DNA from: the human T2T-CHM13v2.0 reference genome, Homo sapiens
Strand: one strand, 5' to 3'
DNA: 64,000 nt
Assembly: GCF_009914755.1 (NCBI RefSeq)
Contig: NC_060930.1
Position 1 is the stretch's first letter, and the number at the start of each line of letters is the position of its first letter. Shown in pieces: positions 1-14,320 of this stretch. The translations under genes were made by a program, and so were the position numbers. The notes under the pieces are model-generated. The model was not told the origin of the DNA and ran no database searches. It saw only the letters and a program-made list of their open reading frames with translations.

Positions 1-1574
1 ATTCATTGAAAGGTTTAACTTGATTTTTTAAATGCAAAGAGATATGTTTTTAAAACACTATTCCTGTTCTTGGCACTGCCAATCAAAAACATTCAACTTA
101 GAATATCTGATTTGTTCCTGAAGTTGGATCCTATGTATTTTGATTTTGTGAGAATTTAAAAAATCTAATTAAACCTCAGTGTAGATAAAAAGTTTTGATC
201 TCATACAGGGGAAAACACCAGAGGATCTTTATTGTTGCCAAGTTACATTGATAAAGTTTTGCATTCTAACCCCAGTTCCCTGATGTAATATATAAATCTC
301 GTTAACCTTATAAATATGATTTTTCAAGAGCAAAGAACTTCTCCCTTCTTCCTTTATTATGTCTAATTTGCATATAAGCACATAGTCCAAATGTTGGCAG
401 ATAATAATATTTTAAAGGGCATCGAAGTATAAGAAGAACTACATACTTGCAGATGTGTTATGAAATATACCCCATTAGTCACTTTGTATTTGAAAGGCAG
501 AAAAACAGGCACCTAGCAACAGCATGCCGTCACTCAGGATTAGAGAAAAGCCACTTTACATCCAGTAACTATTACCCCCTCATTTGGGAGCTGTCAAGCT
601 AGTACATTTAATTACACAAAAGATCCTTGGCTGTTGATTGTCCATATTCACGGTGAATGACAGTAATGACATCACCAAAGGATGCCTTTTGGTGGTGGAG
701 GAGACAGGAGACTGGGCTTAGTAGGAGCTCTCCAGATAGGCTCGTCAGTCAGTCCTATGCAGAGAGACCCAAGGCTCCACTTGAGAACTGTGCTTTCTCT
801 TCTGAAAAGCCATTCATCCTTCCTTCTCTTCCCTCTGAGTGGATTACTGGGTGGGTGGGGAAGGGGGTTGCCCTCCTAGAACACAGAAGTAAGGGTCCAG
901 AACTTAACACTGTTCAGGAGCAAACTTTCCCCCACCAGCCATGGGGGAAAGCATCAAATGCTGAGCTCTTATTAGACCCAATCAGATGGAATTTTCAGCA
1001 GGTTCTTTCTTCACACTTTTTAGGAGGGTAAAAAGTAACAGGAAGCAAAGGAGATGACGAGAAAGAAGAAAACATCCAAACCTAACATTGGTCTGGGGAG
1101 AGATTCCTTGTGGAACATCAGCAGGCGCTTGCATCTGGGCCAGACAATGTAGGGGCCCCCAAGGCCACTCTGCAGACATCACTGAGCCCCTGTAGCAAAG
1201 ACCAGGGTCCAGAATGAAGATGCACAGCTCAGTCCTCAAGCAGCTCCCTTCAGGCAGGGGAGCTCAGCACCTGAGGAATGTCCCAGAAGCAAGATGTTCC
1301 CTCTGTGTCCTAGAGACTTGGGTGCAGACAGAAACTCACATATGATCAGGTCATATGATCAGGTCTTGCCTTCCAGTTTGAGCCTAGGTTGGATAAGTAG
1401 AGGAGTGTCAAGAAGAGCAGTGGGGATTTGCATGCATGGGGAAGGCCAGGGCTGGAGGCGAGATGGACTTTCCCTGTCTCCTAAAAAACTGAAAAATAAA
1501 CATAAGAGAAAGGAAGGAGGAAGAGAGAAAGGGAAAAAGAGAGGGACCAAAAAAAATAGCATCCATTTGAAATA

Positions 1575-1770
1575 GATGGTTTTAATGATTGTATTGCAAT
1601 GTCATGCACGACATTGTGAATGTAATTAATACCACTAAAAATAGTTAAAATGGCAAGTTGTATGTTATGTAACCATTTTAAATGATGTAATATGCCAAAA
1701 ATCACAGTGTGCATTTTAAATGAAGGAATTATATGGTATCTGAATTTATATCTCAATAGAGCTGTTTTTA
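1575..1770 (+). mobile_element. L1M (L1MB/ME) 3' end fragments
   Basis: Typical L1M 3'UTR words (cacgacattgtgaatgtaattaataccact; aattatatggtatctgaatttatatctcaata). Confidence 0.6.
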
Positions 1771-2259
1771 GAAGGTGGTATCCACAAGCAAGCATGTGTG
1801 TGTGCACGTGTGTTGGAGTACATTCACATGCACATGTGTGTGTGGCAAGAGTGTCAGTTTCCTAGCTAATCTACTTTGGGTGGAAACTGTCAGTGATGAC
1901 TAGGCAAAGGTGGAGAAGAGAAATGTAACCTACCTGTCCATTGTTCACTGGTGCCCTCGAGAAAGAGAGAAAGAAGTATGACAAATGCTAAAATAATATG
2001 ATATTATAAGCTTCACATATTTTTATAAGGGGGAGTATTCTCCACCACAAATTCCACGCCTGGTTTCCCGTTCTCAATACACTTTGTTTACAGAGTCAGT
2101 CTCATGAAAGCTGTGGCATGAATTATCAAGCTGAAGCTCCTATTTTCCCCTTGAAATATGCGCTTGTGCTTAGGAATGCAGCATCTCTCTTCCAATTATA
2201 CCTTGGCGCCAGAGTCCCTTTTCCTGGAAGTACACCTCCAATGTCAAGAGGGTGTGGTG

Positions 2260-2450
2260 CAGTGGAGATGATGCTGTGTCTGGGTCAAAGACCTGCCTCC
2301 CTGCCTAGGAGACCTTGAGCAGTCATTGCCTGGACGTCTTTGACCATAAAATGCAGATGATGATGATGCCTCCCTTGCCTTCTCCCTGGAGTAGCGTGCG
2401 AAGCAAAATCCAAACAGGATAACATGTGAAAGCGTTCAGTAAACTGTGAA
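2260..2450 (+). mobile_element. MIR fragment
   Basis: gaccttgagcagtcatt...ataaaatgcagatgat...aacatgtgaaagcgtt resembles the MIR core. Confidence 0.5.
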
Positions 2451-5277
2451 TCACTGCCTTAGTGGAAACTATTCTGGATGCACGTAATAGAAACCCAATC
2501 AAGTAAGCAAAAAGGAAGACACTGAGTTGAAAGGAGACTGGGATACCTCTCGGAAACTATGGCAGGAGGTGAGGCTGGATCCAGAACCCGGGTCTGGAGA
2601 GCGGGGAATGCAGGCAGCTCACTCCCGTGGCTTCTCGCTGCTTTTCCATCTGTTTTCATCTCTGTCTCTCTCTCTCCAGAGTGGCTTCCATTGTTCTGGC
2701 TTGCAGGGCCAAGCAGGGATACCCCATGGCTCCTGTGACTACATAGCCTTCATTCAAGCCATGAGCCCAGACGTCTACGCCAGGTCCTAATTCAGTTGGT
2801 TCAACTGGGCTGGGTGTGGACACGTGTTGTCCAGTGAGTCATGAATATGGATAGGGGTCACACAGAATAAACTTGACCATTCTTTGTCCATCCTGTGGGT
2901 GTGAGCTGGGCAGGTACCAGGAGAAGTGCCTTCTACAAACATTTGGCAACATCTAGTGGTGTGATTACAATAGTCAGCGAAAGAGGAAGATTCAATTTTG
3001 AGGACCTCCTTTCCTAGTGTCCCCATCTTTGCTGCCTTCTGTGAGTTTGATCATGTGGACTCCATGGAGGTTGGCCACTGCTGGGCAATGCAGCCAAACA
3101 AAGTGAGCAAAAGTAGGCTGGAGGGCTCCGTGGGTGACTGGGGCTAGGCTGCCTCTGGTGCCCCAAGAACCCTGAAGCCACCTTGCAGCTCTTCTGAAAT
3201 GGTGAGTGGACTGCTGTTCTTCTTGTGCCAAGGTGTCCATGTTGCCTTTCTCACAAAATGTATTGCAAATAAGAGTGGGTACAAGTCATAGAAACCCATT
3301 CCAAGCTAGCTTACATAAAAAGGAGACCATTCTGGGGCTGCTTTTCCAGATCCCTCAGTCCTTTCTCTCCTGCTGCCCTTTGAGCCATTCCACTGTTTCC
3401 AGCTCTCTGGAGACAGGCATGGTGAGGTCTGCATTGATCTCCCCCCATGAAATGAAGGAGAATATGCTAAACTAGTGGCTGCTGATTTTTCCCCCTTCTT
3501 TTTCTGTCATTGCCTGTGGTCTGCAATTACCCATTCCCCTCTTGGCCTTCAGAGCTGTGCGAGGGTGAGCAGGTGTTGAGAGCAACTTTGTTCTTTTTGA
3601 GTCAATTTCATTACGTGGAGAGGATCCAACTCTCTCCGTGTAGCTGGCAGCTCCCAAGGCCAGACCACTGGGCAGGGCTCCCAAGAGCAGTGCTAGCCTC
3701 TTTGGTGTCACAAAGGGCCAGGCCAGGCCTGTTCATCTCTTTCCCCAAGAGCAAGCTGCTTTTTGAGCAGATGTACAAACAATTGGATGCCTCTGATAGA
3801 CTGCAGTTCTGTAAGGTTGCAATCCTACCAGCCCTGCAGAGAAGTAAAAAGAAAAGCTCCAAACTGAGGCCTCTCAATTCTGCCGTCTTTCAGACTTTCC
3901 TGCGTTCTCACAGGTGGGCCAGCAACTAACCATGGGCCAGTAGGCCTGTCCCCTGCACTGTAGAAGATGCTGGTTATGGGATGTATAGGTGGAAGAGGGA
4001 AGGGAGCCATGCAGAACACCCAGGCCTTTTCCTTGCCCAGAACTTAACTGGGCAAACACATAACAGATCCCTGCAGCATTTAACCCTTAAGGATTAGCCC
4101 TTAAGAAGCTACAAAGGTAAACAAGTACATGATTACATTCAGGCTAGTTGCTGAATAATAATAGCATCTGTTCCTGGCACCATACTAATCAGTTTACATT
4201 TGTCAATTCACACAGCAAATAAGTGACAGAGCCAGGATCTGAACCCAGACAGTCACTACACAAACTTCCTCCCACATTATCAGCCTCTCACAATGCAAAC
4301 AAAACACTGACACAGAATGCGATCGTCTTTGCTCTTGTGTACTTGTGGTAATTTGCGTGATTGAAAGATACCATTAGGAAGAAGAAATGTTTTAAATATC
4401 TAACCCCTGGAAAAGCAAGATTTAGAGACTAAAAATTTCATGACCCATCCGAAGCTCAGCAGTCAAGTTTGCAATTCTGCCAACTTCCCGCAAGAGTAAA
4501 ACTGGCTGTTCTCACTGCTGTTAATAGAGGAGGACCATGACCTTGATGTACAGGTGGTGGGAGGGTGGGGCATTATTTAAGCAATGGGATCTGATGGGGG
4601 GTGCTGGAAAATGAACAAAAGTGTGAATTATTCCACAGCTGCTCACCCTGACGTTTATTGTGACTTTAAAATCTGAGAACATATGGTAACGGCTGGAAGC
4701 ATGAAATAGCAGTTGGAAACGTGTAGACTTAAGGAAAAACCAGCCACCCTTATACCTCCCCACTTGGCTTCTCTGTAGAATGCTGTTGTCTTGCTAGCCT
4801 TTTTCGCTCCCAAATCTGAAGAAAGCCCTGGAACAAATGTCCCCTTTTCTTCAGCCCCATCCCCCCATGCATCTGCAAGAGCTTTTCCCCCTCCTGTGAC
4901 AGAAGTTAGTGTTTTGATTCTTGGCTATGGTATTTTTATATATTGTGCCCTTCCACAGTTTTTGTTGGATCTTGTTAAATTCCACATCTTTGTTTTACAA
5001 GGCTGGATAGAGAGCTGGAAACATTGGGATGACATTTTGTTTGGGAATCCATGGTGGTCCTTGGAAATTCAGGCCAACGGCTGCTTCAATTGCCAGTTGA
5101 GGGAGCCCCGCTGTGTGGCTAGGTGATACCACCACTCCCTGGCCCCTCAATAATCCCCCTGGTCATCCAGCAAGCCTCACATCTTCCCCTTCCTCTTGAA
5201 ATCCTTTGGGAGCATCCTAGTGGCAATGACTGCCCCCTTCTCTGTGCCAGGCGCTGACTTCCACTTAGCCTGTATAA

Positions 5278-5589
<312 letters not shown>

Positions 5590-6024
5590 TAGTTTTCATG
5601 TTTTGTGTTTCTCTCTTCTAATTTGTAAGATTCTGAAGGTTCAGAAGCATGTCTTCTTTATCCATCCCCTGCCTCACTACATTGACAAGTAGTAGCCGGG
5701 TGCCTCCTCTGTCAACATACACATTCATATTTTTATGCTTGCTGCCAACCACCATGCCTTTGATCAAGGAATGAATCCACTGCTTTACAGAGATTTCCAT
5801 TTCCCAATCCTCTCCTTTCCTAATCAAATTGACTTGGGAACTAGGGGCACTCATAGAACAGAAGCCAGTTCACCTCTCTCAGAGTGAGAGAGACCTAGAG
5901 GTCAGTTTCATGGGTAAACTGAGGCTTCCTCAGATACCTGCTCTTTCACATAACAAGCTCTCCCAGAAGGACCAGTTCAGACAGCAACTTCTTTTCTAAA
6001 CACATCTCTCTGGAAAGCCCCATG

Positions 6025-6750
<726 letters not shown>

Positions 6751-7758
6751 TGTTAGAGAGAGAGTAGTTCAGTGATTATTCACAGGCTTGAGTAACAGGG
6801 AGCTGAGCTCTTATGAAGCCAGTTCTTAGGAGTTCTTCCTTTGCTGACAAGCCCTAGAGCCAATCTTCTCTGAGTTAAGAGATTCTTTTTGGTGTTCCCA
6901 AATATAACTTCTTCAGTGAAAGTGAAACACGAAAGCCACCAGGCTCCCTCCCTAGAAGCAGTTTTGGGAAAGCAAGTCATCATCTGTCTTTGACATGTGG
7001 TCACCTGCCAAAGTGTTGCTGATACCAAAGCCCACGAGCTACATGTCCAAGTTATCCAACATCTGGCAGCTGAGCTGCTACTTGCTTTTTTAAGCACAAA
7101 ACCAAGCATTCAAATGTTCCCAATTTAGCCTCATAAGCATTATGCTGGGCTCCTCTACCTTGGCCCACAGCTGCCAGCAATTCAAAGCTCTCTCTTATAC
7201 AGATATGTTCAGTTTTTCTTCCCTGCATGCATTCCCTTCATCCCCAACTGTGATGAAGTCACACTGGAGGAATTTTTCTAGAGGCAGCCACTCTTGTGTC
7301 TTACCAAGGTTAGGTGTCCAAAAGGTTTCTCTGGGGCTGAGGTGGAGGTGGGAGTGTCCTCAAAAGGTGGCCCTCTTGAAAAGCCAGTTCCTCTCTGTAG
7401 CCAGGCCCTCATTGCAAGCAGCCAGTTTAACTTGTGCCATGGAGGGGGTGGTATGGTGTTGGTGGGGAAAGCTAACCCCGCCTTTTTTCTCCTTCACATC
7501 TGGGCAGTTTGAGAAGCTGGTTGGTGGGAGGCTGAACTCTGGAGTCAATAAACTCCATTCTCAAGGGCTAAGCATCCCATTTTGTGAGCCCCTTCATCTC
7601 TTGCTGATGCTGTTCAGGACCTGAGTGCTCCTAGGCCGCCTGATCCCTCCCTGTGTTTTTTTCTCCTGTCATGCTGCAGTTTAGTGCTGCCTTCTGTAGG
7701 GAGCCTGTGCAGTCAGGGAATATCGGCACTAAGGGGCTTCAAGCTTGTCTCATCTCAC

Positions 7759-8032
7759 TTTTTTTTTGAGACAGAGGCTGGAGAGCAGTGGCGTGATCTC
7801 GGCTCACTGCAACCTACACCTCCCAAGTTTAAATGATTCTCCTGCCTCAGTCTCCTGAGTAACTGGGACTACAGGTGCCCGCCATCACGCCCAGCTAATT
7901 TTTGTATTTTTAGTAGAGACAGGGTTTCACTCTGTTGGCCAGGCTACTCTCAAAGTCCTGACCTCAAGTAATCTGCCTGCCTCAGCCTTCCAAAGTGCTG
8001 GAATTACAGGTGTGAGCCACCACGCCCTGGCC
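7759..8032 (-). mobile_element. AluSx/Sz with small internal deletion
   Basis: Alu consensus in antisense, lacking about 20 nt near the 3' end. Confidence 0.93.
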
Positions 8033-8167
8033 TGTCTTACCTTCTAGTTCAAAGTATGGGCAAACTGACGTCGATGGCAGTTTGGAGACCTGGCTCAGGT
8101 CATATCGCTAGCTAGTGGCCCAGCTTTTAGTCCTGATCCTAAACCAGCATGCCTGTCACAATAATAG

Positions 8168-8481
<314 letters not shown>

Positions 8482-8494
8482 GGAGCTGATTCTA

Positions 8495-8665
8495 AAATAG
8501 CATTTACTATGTGCAGGACACCATTCTAATGTATACCTAAAATCTTCCCATGTTATGCACGAAGAACGTAAGGCAAAGAAAGGTTGAATAACTTGCCCAA
8601 AGTCTCAGATAGTAAGTGGCAGAGTTGGGATTTGATCCCAGGCAGTCCGGCTCTATTCTTGACCA
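8495..8665 (-). mobile_element. MIR
   Basis: aggttgaataacttgcccaaagtctcagatagtaagtggcagagttgggatttgatcccaggcagtc. Confidence 0.8.
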
Positions 8666-8789
8666 CTCCAATATACCAATACACTAACGTAGCCCATTCT
8701 TTGACTTGTTTACATCAGGTCCAGATGAGAGATCTCTAATAAAACTCCTTGGTCAGAGGAATATTGGCTTAATATCTTACCCCTGGAGG

Positions 8790-9010
8790 AGCATTTCCCA
8801 AAATATGATAGCAACAGGTGTTGAACAAACTAACCAAAACAAAAATAAATGCTATGACCAAATAAATTTGCAGTTACATTAAACCAAGTTAAACAGGTTT
8901 TATATTACGGAACTTCTCAGAGCCTTTAATATGCTAATAGACATTATAAATTCTCTAAAGAGTCTAAAACATTTCCCCAACTTCTGGGACCATAGAAGCC
9001 TTTTTGATGC
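8790..9010. mobile_element. hAT-Charlie-like DNA transposon fossil
   Basis: acttctcagagcctttaatatgctaat motif resembles MER/Charlie elements; subfamily not determined. Confidence 0.4.
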
Positions 9011-9126
9011 AATGATGTCATGACATATCATGTGCCCTGTGGAAAACTCAATTGAGTAAAAAAGGCAAATTGTGTATTATTACAAAAAGAGTTTTGACCT
9101 CAAGAATGTCCTAAGATGGATTCGAG

Positions 9127-9297
9127 AGCCAGGCATAGTGGCGCACACTTGTAATCCCAACACTTTGGGAGGCTGAGGCAGAAGGATCCCTTGAGCCCAG
9201 GAGTTCAAGACCAGCCTGGCCAACATAGGAAGACCCCCCCCCTGCCCCCCGCCATCTCTATATTTTTTAAAAGGCTTTTTTAAAAAATGAAAAAACA
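9127..9297 (+). mobile_element. FLAM_C / AluJ left monomer
   Basis: Single Alu monomer with ggatcccttgagcccaggagttcaagacc. Confidence 0.88.
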
Positions 9298-10087
9298 AAT
9301 AAGATTAATTCAAGCACCCCCAGGGTTCCCTGGTCCACACTTTAACAACAGCTGTCTAGAAAATACTATTTAAAATATAAGACTTGAAGCTCATCTTCAA
9401 GGAAGGCTAAATACCATATCATACTGCCCCATGCATAGGATGAAGGAGAAAAGTGAATGAAAGAATGTGGATGTGTGTTTTAAAAACAATCCCCTTTCAT
9501 TTCACACTCTATGTCCATATAAATAAAAAATAAAAATAATAAAAATCAGTCCCCTGTCCTACTAGTTCTTTCTTTTTTCCTTTTTTATTCTCTTTCCTCC
9601 TTTTTTATTTTTTTCATTTAAAAATCTCTTGTTGCTCCATAAAGATTTAAGGTAGTTTAATCTTCCAGTGAGTCAATGTTCCTGTTGACAGAGACATATT
9701 TAAGTAAAGGGTCATTATTTTAGGGGGACTCCTAACCCTTCACTCTATCCTAAAAATTCCCTATTATCATCCTACAGGTCAACCTAAATTTTCTGTCCTT
9801 AGCATTTTGTTTATTGGGGTAAGGCCATGTCTTTCTAGAAAGAGGCCTTGGGTTAAGATATAGTTTCATTATACGGCTAGGTGTGAACACACATGGCTAC
9901 TGCCACATGGGAATGTGTCTCTCAGATTAGGGCACTCATCCAGGAAGAGACCCCTAAGGACAGGGACCCAGGATGGGAAAGTACTGCAGTGGGCACTTGC
10001 ATGCAGCCCTAGAAAGTGAGGTGCCCTGCTAAGAAGTCACTCTTTCCTTTTTAGGGAAATGTCCAAAGATACGTCTTATTTCTTTAA

Positions 10088-10395
<308 letters not shown>

Positions 10396-10998
10396 TCTTT
10401 AACAGTTTTATCTACGGCCTGCCCTTATCTGAGGTCATTTTGTGTTTATATTAGACTGCAGGTCTTTGAACCTGATTTCAAACCTCATGTCAAAGCTAAT
10501 GCAGCATCTGCAGTACTGCACCCAAATATGACAACCCAGACCAGGTGGGGAAAATGAAGTCTAGTTCAGGCTGGTGGCCCAAGGTCCCCCTTGTTACACT
10601 GGCCAGCAACAAGGTAACACTGGCCTTGGCTCGCAAGGCACATAAACCACACAAGATGCTGCAGTCAACACCGCTGAGGTGAGAGAGAGAATTACAGACT
10701 GGAGGGGATGCTAAGGGTTCTCTTCCCTGAGAAGCCCACCGTCTCCCATGCTTCTTTGTTCTGTCTTCACAGGGTTGGGGGATCCAGCTATCTGTAATTG
10801 TGAAGTGAAGAGGATGTGACTGCCAGGTAATGCTAACCCCGAATCCTTGGTGCCTGTGTTATGCACCATATGCTGAATTTCGGTTCCAGCTGTGTGCTAG
10901 GTGAGTCTTTGGGTGTTTGGCTGAATGATCTTTTAAGGCTGGTGTGCCCCTTTTCAAGGGTAACCCATCCAGCTAAGTGTTTTCTAAACAACAAAACA

Positions 10999-11306
10999 GT
11001 CTGGGCACAGTGGCTCACATCTGCAATCCCAGCATTTTGGGAAGCCAAGGCAGGTGGATCACCTGAGGTCAGGAGTTTGAGACCAGCCTGGCCAACATGG
11101 TAAAACCCCATCTCTACTAAAAATACGAAAATTAGCCGGGTGTGGTGGCAGGTGCCTGTAGTCTCAGCTACTCAGGAGGCTGAGGCAGGAGAATTACTTA
11201 AACTTAGGAGGTGGAGGTTGCAGTGAGCCAAGATCACGCCACTGCACTCCAGCCTGGGCGACAGAAAAAGACTCTGTCTCAAAAACAAAAACAAAAAACA
11301 AAACAA
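10999..11306 (+). mobile_element. AluSx/Sz
   Basis: Full Alu with ggatcacctgaggtcaggagtttgag and an A/C-rich tail. Confidence 0.94.
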
Positions 11307-13234
11307 GCTTATTAGTCGTTTTTGTACATGTGTTAGTAACGCATACTAATTATAGAAAATTTAGAAAATACAGATAAGAAAATGGAAAAGTCGTCATAAT
11401 CCTATCACCCAGAGATAACCACAGGTGACTTTGGATGTAAGTCGCTCCTGCCCGTGCTTCCCACCTCTAACTCTCATTACATATGCTGCTGATGGGATTC
11501 ACGTGTGATCCAAGCATTGCACTGCCCTACCTCTCAGACACTGATCGGCAGCCATGACTGACTTAGGGGAAGGGGCCAGTTTTTCTGTTGGGCTTCTTGG
11601 GCCTGGAGGGTAAAGGGAGAGGCTAAAAGGGAGCCTGGCCCTCTCTCTGTCTCAAGGCTGGGTCTGATCTGGCAAAGAGGAACTGGCTCCACAGCTCTGG
11701 GCAGAATCCACTGCTGCTCCCACACAGAGAAGACCAGGGGAACCGCAGTCCCACTCTGGTAAGTGAAGGGAGGGAAGCTGTTTATCTTCAATAGTGCACT
11801 GGGGCTGCTATTTTCTCTCCTGGCACCCCCATCCCGGGGCAAGGTCCTCGGCAGGAGTGGACAGAGATAATCTCCTCTTGGCCATGCGTCCACGTCCTTA
11901 GCTCTTCACACCCCCTCCAGCACTGGCCACTGAGGCTGCTTTGCTATTCCTTTTAGATTTCCCAATTCCAAGTCTATACTTAGTCTTTTCTGCACTAGAA
12001 CACGCACGGCAGTTAAATATGAAATCTAAGATGTCATCAACCAGCAGCCTAGGATTCCACATAAAATGCATGCAGAAATGTACTGAGGCCTGGCTGGCTG
12101 TGATGAGTCACCTTAGGGCCCCCAGCCACTTGCCACCACTCTTAATTCTTCACATTAAGCAGGGAGAGCAGCTGGGGAAGCTGGGCTCTTTGGAGGCAAA
12201 CACTGGCCAACTAGGGGATGCTCCTCTGCTGTTTCCACTTCTCCCTAGGCAGCCCCTGCTGGCTTTCTGTTTATTTTGCAATTAGCACTTGAAGGAGACT
12301 CTGGGGATATTTTTGCTTGTGGGCTGAGAGCTGATATTTCAGAAATTCTTCCCCTCCTTAGAGCACTAGGTTCTGGAAGGAGGGTTTGGAAACAACAGCT
12401 CTCAGCGTTCTTTCCAATAATACTCTTGATAATGATCCTTGGCAATTTCATTATCCACAGACACAATCCTTCCAATACTCAGCCTCCTGGTTCCTCTCCT
12501 TGCTCTTCTCCACCAATCTTGTCCTTTATGGCATTGCGGCCACTCACCCCTATGGCCGTTCCCTTGACTGTGTCATTACTCCCAGTTGTGCTATCTGTAC
12601 TATCTTGACTTCAAACATCCCACTCTCCTAACACAGTTCCCATCCCACTCAGTCTTCCCTCTCCAGTGATTCTTCAGCTTTACTGGGACCCACAACTGAC
12701 TGATCTGCCATCTTTTCACTGTTCCTCGCTGCTACCTGCAAGTCCTCCCTGCCCTCTGTACCCACTTAGATGCTGCGATCTGGGGCCTTCATCCCTCCCA
12801 TCAATACACAGTCAACTCCCTTGACCCCCTCTCCTTTGTTGTACCTGCCTGGTAAGACCACAGTCCTGGCTGAATCCTACTGTCTGCCCACTGTGTGTAC
12901 CTGCCCAGCTGACTGGTCTCACTCTAAGTTCAGCCTCACTAGCTGCAGGTGGGTCCTGGTGTTTGGCTGGCCCTTCTATTTCATTTCCCTGCACCACTTA
13001 TTCTCATACTCTCCAAGACAGTGATTTCATATTTTCTCCCCGCTCAAATTCACAACATGTCCTCCCCTATCCTCACCCTCACCTGATGACCTTGCTTCCA
13101 AATTCACTGAGATAGTAAAATAAGTGGCTGCCAAGTTCCCATCTTCCCACCCTCGCCTGTACTCCCACCTCCATCTGTGCCTACCCGCTCTGCCTTCCCG
13201 CCTTGGACAAGGAATGAATTTCCCAAGCGCCTGT

Positions 13235-13705
<471 letters not shown>

Positions 13706-13944
13706 ACACTGAGCTAGGTCCCTTTCTCTGTCACCTACTCAAGGACATCCCTCCAGCAGTTGTCTCTTCTCTACAGGATCATTTCCAATATCATACAAAC
13801 AAACCAGAAACAAAACACCTCTCTAGATCCCAAACCTGCCTTAGCTACCACCCTATTTCTCTACTTCCCTTTTTTCTCTTGAACTCCCTTCAATCAGTCT
13901 TTGGTTTCCACCCTCCTCTAAAAGTGCTCTTGCCAAGGTCATTG

Positions 13945-14320
13945 TGAGAGAAACTGGCTAGATGGTCACCAAACCACTTCCTCTTCCAGGGCACACAACC
14001 AAATGATGTTTCCCAGTTACTTTGCCTCTAAATGAGGCTGTGTGACTAGTTCTTGTCATGGGAACTCCAGTGGGTCAACGTGCCAGCTTCAGGCTGAAGC
14101 ACCAGAGCTCAGGTGTGCTTCTATATGGACCACTCCTTCCCTTTCCAAGGGAACCATGGCAGGTGTGCACTGAAGATGGAAAGAACCTGGTACCCAAATC
14201 ACAAAGAAGGCCACCTGCCAAATACTTGACTGGACTGTGAGATGAGTGAGATAGAAGCTTTTTATTGTACTAAGTTATTGATTCAGGGGTTATTCATTGG
14301 AGAAATAAGATTGCCCTAAT
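13945..14320 (+). mobile_element. MLT1-type LTR inside L2
   Basis: tttcccagttactttgcc...gtgtgactagttct...tttattgtactaagttattgattcaggggtt. Confidence 0.65.

Noticed and set aside
3510-3929. 139-aa plus-strand ORF (also the 160-aa ORF at 7142-7624 and the 124-aa ORF at 657-1031)
   Set aside because: No recognisable domain, the 3510 ORF has a non-ATG start, and these lengths are expected by chance in 64 kb.
4950-5005. Weak similarity (TGTAAAAC..TGGA..AACAAxAACxTGTGG, minus strand) to 15805-15850
   Set aside because: Short, gapped and low identity; cannot be told from chance by eye.
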